The notes under the pieces: model-generated
What the model saw: only the letters and a program-made list of their open reading frames with translations
The model's database searches: none
Told to the model about the DNA's origin: nothing
Made by a program: the position numbers and the translations under genes
Assembly: GCA_020059045.1 (NCBI GenBank)
Contig: JAGVCW010000021.1
Location: forward strand, 27,821 to 91,820
Reading direction: 5' to 3'
DNA: 64,000 nucleotides
DNA from: Minisyncoccota bacterium
GTDB lineage: Bacteria > Patescibacteriota > Minisyncoccia > Phycocordibacterales > Zambryskibacteraceae
Shown: positions 18,533 through 25,729 of the stretch, in pieces
Position numbering within the stretch: position 1 is the first letter of the stretch
Layout of the letters: every line of letters begins with the position of its first letter

Positions 18533-19081
18533 ATGCAAAGCATAAAAGAAAAAACTCAAAAAACGTTTTCATCACTTAAGGCCACTCGTGGTTATAAAAA
18601 TCCCATGCAATCTCCACGTATTGTCAAAGTTGTTGTGAGTGTAGGAACGGGCTCATTTAAGGATGCGAAGAAAAAGGAACTTGCCCTGGATCGTCTTACG
18701 AAGATTACCGGCCAGCGCCCATCAGTACGCGGTGCAAAGCAGTCAATTGCCGCATTTAAAGTCCGACAGGGAGACCCGGTAGGACTTGCAGTCACACTTC
18801 GTGGCAAGAGAATGTACGATTTTCTAGATAAGTTAATCCATGTGGCCCTACCTCGTACCAAGGACTTCAGAGGAGTATCTTCTAAAGCTATTGATAAGAT
18901 GGGCAATTACACTCTAGGTATTAAGGAGCACACTATTTTCCCAGAGACAGCAGACGAGGAACTTAAAGACGTTTTTGGGCTAGCAATAACAATAGTTACG
19001 ACCGCAAGAACGAAGGAGGAGACCAAAGAATTTCTAGATTATCTAAGTTTCCCTTTCAAAAAAACAGAAGAGAAGAAGTAA
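18533..19081 (+). CDS. rplE: 50S ribosomal protein L5
   Basis: PRIVKVVVSVGTG.., then GNYTLGIKEHTIFPE. Confidence 0.95.
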   Translation: MQSIKEKTQKTFSSLKATRGYKNPMQSPRIVKVVVSVGTGSFKDAKKKELALDRLTKITGQRPSVRGAKQSIAAFKVRQGDPVGLAVTLRGKRMYDFLDKLIHVALPRTKDFRGVSSKAIDKMGNYTLGIKEHTIFPETADEELKDVFGLAITIVTTARTKEETKEFLDYLSFPFKKTEEKK

Positions 19082-19084
19082 ATC

Positions 19085-19120
19085 CGTGGAAGCGAAGCGT
19101 GGAAGCCGAGCTTCCACGGA
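19085..19120. repeat. GC hairpin with the shared 18-mer GTGGAAGCCGAGCTTCCA, copy 2
   Basis: CCGTGGAAGC..GCTTCCACGG stem. The 18-mer at 19099-19116 is identical to 10104-10121. Confidence 0.7.
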
Positions 19121-19184
19121 ACATACTGTGTTCAGAATCTTTAAATGCTTGTAAACTTCATATAAATTTGTTTCTATAATAGAT

Positions 19185-19391
19185 ATGACAGAAGAATCAC
19201 TAAACTTAAACGAGACAAAGGAGAAGAGCGCGTTTTCCATGGGCGATCATTCAGATTTTATTGCAAGAGAGCTTGACCAAGTGAATAGGGAGTTACTCGA
19301 TGTAAGTTTAGACATACCAGATGGGGAGGTATCAGGTTTGGAAGAAGTGTATGATGCGATGATAAGGGATCTAAAAATCGAAAATAAATAA
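19185..19391 (+). CDS. Small acidic hypothetical protein
   Basis: 68-codon ATG ORF. No motif. Confidence 0.35.
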   Translation: MTEESLNLNETKEKSAFSMGDHSDFIARELDQVNRELLDVSLDIPDGEVSGLEEVYDAMIRDLKIENK

Positions 19392-19410
19392 TTCAAGTTC
19401 TCACTTTCGT

Positions 19411-19752
19411 ATGAACAAATTTTTATCTTTAGTAACGCGTATTCTGGGTGAGCTAGAATTTTCGCAAGAAAACAAAGAAAAAGTTGCATATGATCTCAAT
19501 CGCCTAATTATGACAAAGGTTGTCATAGCACTTCTTGATGAGGCCCCAGAGAATGTTCAAACTGAAGTTGAAAAACTTTTAAGTGCTGGTGAAACACTTG
19601 AAGTTGCAAATATCCTCAAGTCTACATTTACGACTGAAAGATTCGAAGAAGTAAGCCTTCATATTACTCGAGATGTGGTTCACAAATACTTAAGCGAATT
19701 GTTTGCAAAAACTCACAAGGAAAACAAAGAGAAACTTGTCGCTTCACTCTAA
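19411..19752 (+). CDS. Hypothetical helical protein
   Basis: 113-codon ATG ORF that ends at the hairpin shared with the convergent RNA gene. Confidence 0.4.
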   Translation: MNKFLSLVTRILGELEFSQENKEKVAYDLNRLIMTKVVIALLDEAPENVQTEVEKLLSAGETLEVANILKSTFTTERFEEVSLHITRDVVHKYLSELFAKTHKENKEKLVASL

Positions 19753-19780
19753 TATTTGTGCTGGGCTCTAATAGCACAGT

Positions 19781-20281
19781 ACTTTTGTATAAAAACAAAC
19801 CCGCTCCTTGGTGAGGGCGGGCGATAGTGGGAAGAAAACTTCCAATGGTTTGGAAACTGCATGAAACCGGGTACTTCCTCCCTTTGTCTAGTCAATGGCG
19901 ATTGGGCGCCTATGACATCCTCTTGGCTGTAAACCTCGTAACTCACCATGAGTTACGGCAGGCTAACGCCAACTAAGCTGAGGACTTCGACTGGGCTGTC
20001 TCTGCACGTGGTCCCGAATGAGACGCCTAGTGAGCGAATGACCCGAACGCAGACTACCCGGTTTCACACTTTGTAATGAACTTATATCTTGCACTCTCTT
20101 TCGAGAGATGATTTCGTACCCTGGGGCGGCGAGCGGGCCGAAGCGCCGTCACGACCCCAGGGACTTCCTCGATATTTAACCTCTGATGCCGAGTACCGCA
20201 TCGGAGGCGATCCCCGTTAGGACGTAAGCGAATGCACCGGTTTAGGGCACATCACTGTATCCGAGCCCGCATGGGGGAGCT
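19781..20281 (-). ncRNA. Roughly 500-nt GC-rich structured RNA with RNase P RNA-like motifs; identity unresolved
   Basis: About 640 bp hold no ORF apart from one 66-aa shadow. Consensus promoter upstream; terminator CCCGC..GCGGG plus UUUGUUUUU at 19781-19811. GAAA-capped hairpin, 8-bp hairpin at 19928-19946, 12-bp long-range helix, and GAGGAAGUCC and ACCCGGUUUCA motifs. Confidence 0.6.
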
Positions 20282-20286
20282 TGTGA

Positions 20287-20314
20287 GCTTATGTATATTA
20301 TAGCATGTACACGT
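20287..20314 (-). promoter_or_regulatory. Consensus sigma70 promoter of the structured RNA
   Basis: The minus strand reads TTGACA (20314-20309), a 16-nt spacer, then TATAAT (20292-20287). Confidence 0.7.
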
Positions 20315-20592
20315 TATTTGTCAAGGAGTTTCTCATTATCTTTTCTGTGACACATGAAATATGGCTAAAACTAAGGCTTATTTGAATATCACTTTAAAGT
20401 AGAGGGAAATTTGTTGGCAAGTTCTTGAAATTATCCGCTTAACCCTTATTTTATTGACTTTATACGGCTCAATTGCTAAGCTGTTGCAAAGCTTTTGGAA
20501 GCTTTTTTCTTTACTTAATCGCTTCATTCGTCAATATTCTTCCTTTTGAGGGCTTTCGCTCATGCGAGGTCGCTAGAGGATAAACAATATTT

Positions 20593-20778
20593 GTGGCCAA
20601 GAAATCAGTTATAGCAAGATCAGTTAAAAAGCCTAAATTCTCGACTCGCATCGTGAGGCGTTGTTTCCGTTGTGGTCGAAAGCGTGGCTATATGCAAGAT
20701 TTTGATCTATGTAGAATATGTTTTCGCGAATTTGCAAATGAAGGCAAAATCCCGGGCGTTAAGAAATCAAGTTGGTAA
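20593..20778 (+). CDS. rpsN: 30S ribosomal protein S14, zinc-ribbon type Z
   Basis: 61 aa with a GTG start. [17 protein letters not shown] carries two CxxC pairs. Confidence 0.93.
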   Translation: MAKKSVIARSVKKPKFSTRIVRRCFRCGRKRGYMQDFDLCRICFREFANEGKIPGVKKSSW

Positions 20779-20881
20779 TAAAAGATTGTTCTAGATGTTG
20801 TAATTGATATACATGTTATAAATGTCTGACAAATACAACAACTAAAACATTTTGAAACAAATATAACATCTCAAACATTAC
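20779..20881. repeat. Family-A hairpin element, copy A6 (rpsN-rpsH spacer)
   Basis: TTGTTCTAGATGTTGTAATTG arm, apex ATGTCTGACA, then AATACAACAACTAAAACA arm. Confidence 0.7.
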
Positions 20882-21265
20882 ATGGATCCCATCGCTGACA
20901 TGATAATAAGAATCAAGAATGCAGGAGAATCCCGCAAGGATACAGTGGCTTTTCCATATTCAAATTTGAAAGCAAGCATCTGCAAAACTCTTCTAGATAG
21001 TGGATACATAAAATCTCTTGTTATAAAAGGGAAGATTGCCAAATCAATAGAAGTCGGACTTATTTACAACGGCAAGTTCCCAAAGATCCAAGGTGTGAAG
21101 AGACTTTCGAAGCCTTCTCGTCGTCTATACAAGGCCTCAAGTGATCTACGGCCGGTTAAGAGAGGGTATGGATCTCTCATCATGTCTACTCCGAAGGGAA
21201 TAATGGTAGGAGAGCATGCCCGTAAGTCTAAAGTCGGTGGTGAGGCATTATTTGAAATATGGTAA
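20882..21265 (+). CDS. rpsH: 30S ribosomal protein S8
   Basis: MDPIADMIIRIKNA.., ending ..GGEALFEIW. Confidence 0.95.
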   Translation: MDPIADMIIRIKNAGESRKDTVAFPYSNLKASICKTLLDSGYIKSLVIKGKIAKSIEVGLIYNGKFPKIQGVKRLSKPSRRLYKASSDLRPVKRGYGSLIMSTPKGIMVGEHARKSKVGGEALFEIW

Positions 21266-21353
21266 TGGCTTTGTCTAAATTTTACGAACGAAGTGAAATA
21301 AAATTTAGTAACAAAACATTAACTCACTATCGTTCGTTAAGAAAATCAACCAC
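21266..21353. repeat. Family-B element, short copy B5 (rpsH-rplF spacer)
   Basis: 88 nt that differ at 2 positions from 21888-21975. Arms are ACGAACGAAGTGA and TCACTATCGTTCGT. Confidence 0.85.
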
Positions 21354-21887
21354 ATGAGCAGAATCGGAAAAGGAAAAATAGATATCCCAGAGAAAACTGA
21401 AGTTATTCTTCTTGCAGACACTGTCGTGGTAAAGGGGCCATTAGGTGAATTGTCTCACAAAGTTCACTCAGATATAGGTATTGAGATTGCTTCCGGAAGC
21501 GTAACATTTGTTCCCAAAGTTAATACTCTTGAAGCAAATGCTCTCTGGGGCACGACGTCTTCTCACTTGTCCAATATGATAGATGGAGTGAACAAACCTT
21601 TTGAAAAGAAATTAGTTTTAGAAGGCATTGGATATAAGGTAGAGGTAAAGGGAGATAAGATTCATCTTGCACTAGGCTTTTCTCATCCTGTAGAAGTTTT
21701 AATACCAAAAGGCTTGAATGTAAAAGTTGAGAAAAATGCCGTAACGATATCTGGCATTAGCAAGGACGATGTCGGGAGTTTCACAGCACGTCTGCGTGAC
21801 TTGAAGAAGCCGGAACCTTACAAAGGCAAAGGATTCAAATATTTTGGCGAAGTGATCAAGATTAAGCAGGGTAAAAAGTCAGTATAA
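21354..21887 (+). CDS. rplF: 50S ribosomal protein L6
   Basis: MSRIGKGKIDIP.., then EPYKGKGFKY. Confidence 0.95.
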   Translation: MSRIGKGKIDIPEKTEVILLADTVVVKGPLGELSHKVHSDIGIEIASGSVTFVPKVNTLEANALWGTTSSHLSNMIDGVNKPFEKKLVLEGIGYKVEVKGDKIHLALGFSHPVEVLIPKGLNVKVEKNAVTISGISKDDVGSFTARLRDLKKPEPYKGKGFKYFGEVIKIKQGKKSV

Positions 21888-21975
21888 TGGCTTTGTCTAA
21901 ATTTTATGAACGAAGTGAAATAAAATTTAGTAACAAAACATTAACTCACTATCGCTCGTTAAGAAAATCAACCAC
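21888..21975. repeat. Family-B element, short copy B6 (rplF-rplR spacer)
   Basis: Near-identical to 21266-21353 (C/T at ..TTTTA[C/T]GAAC and T/C at ..ATCG[T/C]TCG). Confidence 0.85.
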
Positions 21976-22329
21976 ATGAAGACAACTAATCATAAAAGCT
22001 CAAAAAGAAATCGTAGACATACAAAAATCAGGACGAAAGTTTCTGGTACTTCTAGCCGCCCACGTCTTTCTGTATTTCGCTCCAATATGTATCTCTATGC
22101 TCAAGTCATAGATGATGAGAGTGGTAAAACACTTTTCTCCATTTCATCTAAAGGTATGAAGAAGGGAGGTGTCGGGTTTGAATCAGCTCGTGAACTGGGT
22201 AAGACGCTTGCCAAGTCTGTTATCGCAGGCAACATCAAGAAGGTTGTGTTTGATCGGGGTGGATATATGTATACTGGTAAGGTTCGTGCTCTTGCAGACG
22301 GAGCTCGCGAAGGAGGTCTAGAATTCTAA
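21976..22329 (+). CDS. rplR: 50S ribosomal protein L18
   Basis: RPRLSVFRSNMYLYAQVIDD.., then FDRGGYMYTGKVRALADGAREGGLEF. Confidence 0.95.
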   Translation: MKTTNHKSSKRNRRHTKIRTKVSGTSSRPRLSVFRSNMYLYAQVIDDESGKTLFSISSKGMKKGGVGFESARELGKTLAKSVIAGNIKKVVFDRGGYMYTGKVRALADGAREGGLEF

Positions 22330-22351
22330 TCAAATATTAATAATCAAATCA

Positions 22352-23005
22352 ATGCCGAACGAAGAAGAAAAAATTTCAACAACTGAACCAACGACACCAG
22401 CAGATGTAAATGTAGATGTTCCTATTGCTGCATCTGTCGCCACATCTCCCGACCCTCAAGCTGATGGTAAGAGAGGTTTTGTAAGGAGAGACCATGGTGA
22501 GAGGAAGAAAAATCCTCGCAAGGCACCAAGACGAGAGGCTAGAGTTAAACCAGAATTCGACAATAAAATGGTTTCAATTAGACGTGTAACTCGTGTGGTA
22601 GCTGGAGGACGCAGGTTTAGCTTCTCTGTGACTCTTGTTGCAGGTAATCGCAAAGGGACTGTTGGAGTGGGTCAAGGTAAAGCATCAGACACTCCTATTG
22701 CGATCGATAAGGCCATGAGAGATGCGAAGAAAAACATGATCCAAATTCACACCACGAAGGACATGTCGATACCTCACGAGGTTGCAGCTAAATATGGAAG
22801 TTCAAGAGTGCTCATCATGCCAGCTCCTGGCCGCGGGATGCTCGCAGGTAGCTCAATAAGAACAGTTCTGGAGCTTGCAGGTCTTACTGGAATAAATGCC
22901 AAGCTTCTTTCCGGGAGTAAAAACAGAGCAAACAATGCAAAAGCTGCTGTAGAAGCGCTTCGCAAACTAGCAAGAACACAAGTAAGAACAGCAGTGAAGA
23001 AATAA
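22352..23005 (+). CDS. rpsE: 30S ribosomal protein S5 with an N-terminal extension of about 55 aa
   Basis: VSIRRVTRVVAGGRRFSFSVTLVAGN.., then S5 C-terminal domain. Confidence 0.94.
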   Translation: MPNEEEKISTTEPTTPADVNVDVPIAASVATSPDPQADGKRGFVRRDHGERKKNPRKAPRREARVKPEFDNKMVSIRRVTRVVAGGRRFSFSVTLVAGNRKGTVGVGQGKASDTPIAIDKAMRDAKKNMIQIHTTKDMSIPHEVAAKYGSSRVLIMPAPGRGMLAGSSIRTVLELAGLTGINAKLLSGSKNRANNAKAAVEALRKLARTQVRTAVKK

Positions 23006-23032
23006 TTTACATCATCCAAACCATTTCCGCCC

Positions 23033-23476
23033 ATGCAAATGAATACCATAAAAAGAAGAATAAAGAACAAGAAATCACGTCAAGTGGCGCGTGGTGGCAC
23101 ACGTGGTAAAACTGCAGGGCGCGGAACCAAAGGGCAGAATGCCCGCTCAGGAAGAAAGAAACGTCCAGAAATAAGAGACATGATCAAGCGTATACCGAAG
23201 CTTCGTGGGCGTGGTGTTTCTTCACTTAAAAGTATTCAAAGAGATGCGATCGCAGTTAACCTTACAGTGCTTAACAAGTCTTTCAATTCAGGCGACACTG
23301 TGTCTAAAGAGACTCTTCTTGAGAAGGGAATTGTGAAGAAAGTATCAGGTAAATATCCAAATGTGAAGATCCTTTCAGGTGGAACTCTCGATAAGAAATT
23401 GGATTTTGTTTCTTGCCAGGTGTCAGCGGGGGCAAGGGCGAAGATTGAATCTTTGGGTGGAAGTATAAAAGTGTAA
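23033..23476 (+). CDS. rplO: 50S ribosomal protein L15
   Basis: GGTRGKTAGRGTKGQNARSG. It starts 27 nt after rpsE, so there is no room for an L30 gene. Confidence 0.93.
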   Translation: MQMNTIKRRIKNKKSRQVARGGTRGKTAGRGTKGQNARSGRKKRPEIRDMIKRIPKLRGRGVSSLKSIQRDAIAVNLTVLNKSFNSGDTVSKETLLEKGIVKKVSGKYPNVKILSGGTLDKKLDFVSCQVSAGARAKIESLGGSIKV

Positions 23477-23616
23477 TAGAATATAAGAACTTGTCCCGTT
23501 AGGTGTGATCGGGATATAAGATAATGATAAATTTGTATATGTCAGATAATCGAAATAATGTTTTATTTACTAACCTAACCAAGACAGGAGTCTAAGGACT
23601 CCTTACATCTAACGGG
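23477..23616. repeat. Structured rplO-secY spacer
   Basis: CCCGTTAGGTG (23495-23505) pairs with CATCTAACGGG (23606-23616), abutting the secY ATG. Internal GGAGTC/GACTCC hairpin and an ATATGTCAGATA apex-like motif. Confidence 0.55.
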
Positions 23617-24888
23617 ATGAACTCATTTTTTGATAAGGCACGTCTTGTTTTCACCGACAAAGTACTGCGCAAGCGTATATTCTTTGTGCTTGGCGCACTT
23701 ATTGTTTTTCGATTTCTTTCTACTATACCTGTCCCGGGTGTAGACGCAGATAAACTTGCAAGTTTCTTTTCTTCAAGTGAACTCCTTGGCCTCATAAACC
23801 TTTTTTCTGGAGGAGGATTTTCTAATCTTTCTATAATAATGCTTGGTGTTGGTCCTTACATTACGGCCTCGATCATAATGCAGCTTTTGACTATCATATT
23901 CCCAAAGTTAAAAGCAATGTATCAAGAAGAAGGTGATCTTGGAAGAAAGAAGTTTTCTCAGTACAGTCGTATGCTTTCTGTTCCTCTCGCTGTTATACAA
24001 GGTTTTGCCTTTCTGACACTTCTATCAAGGCAGGGCATCATGGCGCCTCTTAGCGGCTTTGAAATGGCTGTAAACATAGTTGTAATCACAGCAGGTTCAG
24101 TGCTTCTAATGTGGCTAGGTGAGCTTATGACAGAATTCGGAATCGGTAATGGTACGTCACTTATCATCTTTGCCGGTATAGTAAGCCAGCTTCCTCAGAT
24201 ACTTGGCCAGCTTGTGTTTACATTTGATGCGTCTCAGATTCCTCTATATTTATCATTTGTTGTAGCGGCCGTTATTATTATTTTTGCTGTTGTTATTATT
24301 ACAGAGGCAGAGCGTCCGATCCCAATAACATATGCGAAGCGTGTGAGAGGCGCGAGAGTTTATGGGGGGCTTTCTACGTACCTTCCAATCAGAGTTAACC
24401 AGGCTGGTGTTATACCTATAATATTTGCGTTATCTATCCTCCTATTTCCTCAACTAATATTTAGCTTCCTTGCAAATGTAGATAACAACATTATTAAAAC
24501 GGTTTCCACTTTCCTTCTTGGCCTTGTTGGCAACCCATGGTTCTATGCCGTTGCCTACTTTTTCCTAGTTTTTATTTTCACATATTTTTACACAGCTGTT
24601 ACGTTCGATCCTCATATGATTTCGACCAATCTACAGAAAAATGGAGCGTTTATCCCAGGAGTTAGACCAGGGGAGTCTACTGCAGACTATATTGCAAAGA
24701 TTTTGACACGTCTTACTCTTGTTGGCGCAATATTCCTCGGTCTCATTGCAGTCTTGCCTCTTATTATGAGAGGTGTTACGGGAATCCAATCTCTAGCTAT
24801 CGGTGGTACAGCACTTCTAATTGTGGTTTCTGTGGTTATTGATCTTATTAAAAAGATTGAGGCTCAGGTTTCGGTTAGGGAATATTAA
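23617..24888 (+). CDS. secY: Preprotein translocase subunit SecY
   Basis: 423-aa polytopic product with the SecY layout (..GGGFSNLSIIMLGVGPYITASIIMQLL..). Confidence 0.95.
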   Translation: MNSFFDKARLVFTDKVLRKRIFFVLGALIVFRFLSTIPVPGVDADKLASFFSSSELLGLINLFSGGGFSNLSIIMLGVGPYITASIIMQLLTIIFPKLKAMYQEEGDLGRKKFSQYSRMLSVPLAVIQGFAFLTLLSRQGIMAPLSGFEMAVNIVVITAGSVLLMWLGELMTEFGIGNGTSLIIFAGIVSQLPQILGQLVFTFDASQIPLYLSFVVAAVIIIFAVVIITEAERPIPITYAKRVRGARVYGGLSTYLPIRVNQAGVIPIIFALSILLFPQLIFSFLANVDNNIIKTVSTFLLGLVGNPWFYAVAYFFLVFIFTYFYTAVTFDPHMISTNLQKNGAFIPGVRPGESTADYIAKILTRLTLVGAIFLGLIAVLPLIMRGVTGIQSLAIGGTALLIVVSVVIDLIKKIEAQVSVREY

Positions 24889-25009
24889 AATTAGTAAAGA
24901 GTAATTGGTAGGCAGAAAATTATTGGTTATTGTTTTTTATCTACTGTCTACTTATTACTGATTACCAATAACTATTAAAAAACCATCCTTTAGGGATGGT
25001 GGTTTGTTG

Positions 25010-25486
25010 CTAGAGACCAGCAGCTACCCGCTCAGCTGGAACAAGGCAAATTGTACTATCGTTTTTGTTCTCACTAATTTCGTGGTATGACACAAACCAC
25101 TTTCTCCCATTCCAGTCTATCGTTTGGAATGGTCGGCACTGTTCTGCAATTTCTTCAGGAAGCTCGATATCAACGTCTGTTGCCCAAATGGGGGGAAGGT
25201 TTTTCCCCCGCCACCAAAAAGTTAATTGTGGAATAGAATATTTCTTAAAAACATCATTATCCATAATGCCATTTTCAAATACTTCCCCCGCACACATTTC
25301 TCTGTCTTCTCGTCGAAGTAAAGATAGTGGAACAGGTCCGTGCACCTCGTTTTCTGATTGAAGTCGGGAAAATGCTTGGAAAAACAATTTGCCGAGAGTA
25401 CTCTGAGGGTCAAGAGTAAGTGCGGCCGTCATTAGGGCCGGGTTTTCTTTTCCCATTTCACAAACTGCCGGCCAATTCATGTACAT
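25010..25486 (-). CDS. Hypothetical protein on the opposite strand between secY and adk
   Basis: 158-codon ATG ORF, less AT-rich than its neighbours. No motif. Confidence 0.5.
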   Translation of the reverse strand: MYMNWPAVCEMGKENPALMTAALTLDPQSTLGKLFFQAFSRLQSENEVHGPVPLSLLRREDREMCAGEVFENGIMDNDVFKKYSIPQLTFWWRGKNLPPIWATDVDIELPEEIAEQCRPFQTIDWNGRKWFVSYHEISENKNDSTICLVPAERVAAGL

Positions 25487-25660
25487 GAGTACTCCTTGTG
25501 GGTAAGGGAGGTATATTCCTCATATGTATTACCATTTAGGTGGCGCTTTAGTCAAACTGAATTTTTCTAAGTAAACCCATGGTATAGCATCACAAAACTA
25601 GCAATTTGTGTTATTATAATCAGACACTGCACCGTATTTCTAATGTCTTGTCGCCTGGTT

Positions 25661-25709
25661 TCATTCCTCATTCCTCATTCCTCATTCCTCATTCCTCATT
25701 CCTCATTAC
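25661..25709. repeat. Heptanucleotide tandem repeat (TCATTCC)x5 plus 2 degenerate units
   Basis: Five perfect units at 25661-25695, then TCATTAC and TTATTCA. The repeat ends 21 nt before the adk ATG. Confidence 0.9.
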
Positions 25710-25729
25710 TTATTCATAATTCTTCCTTC

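Noticed and set aside
7027-23616. Reading the repeated intergenic elements as a CRISPR array or as ordinary rho-independent terminators.
   Set aside because: There is no constant repeat with regular unique spacers, since each element sits alone between two genes. Most lack a U-tract and lie between genes that must be co-expressed.
25643-25729. N-terminal extension of adk starting at ATG 25643 (..FLIPHSSFLIPHSS..).
   Set aside because: The extension is just the translation of the 7-bp tandem repeat. The kinase P-loop sits at the normal distance from ATG 25730.
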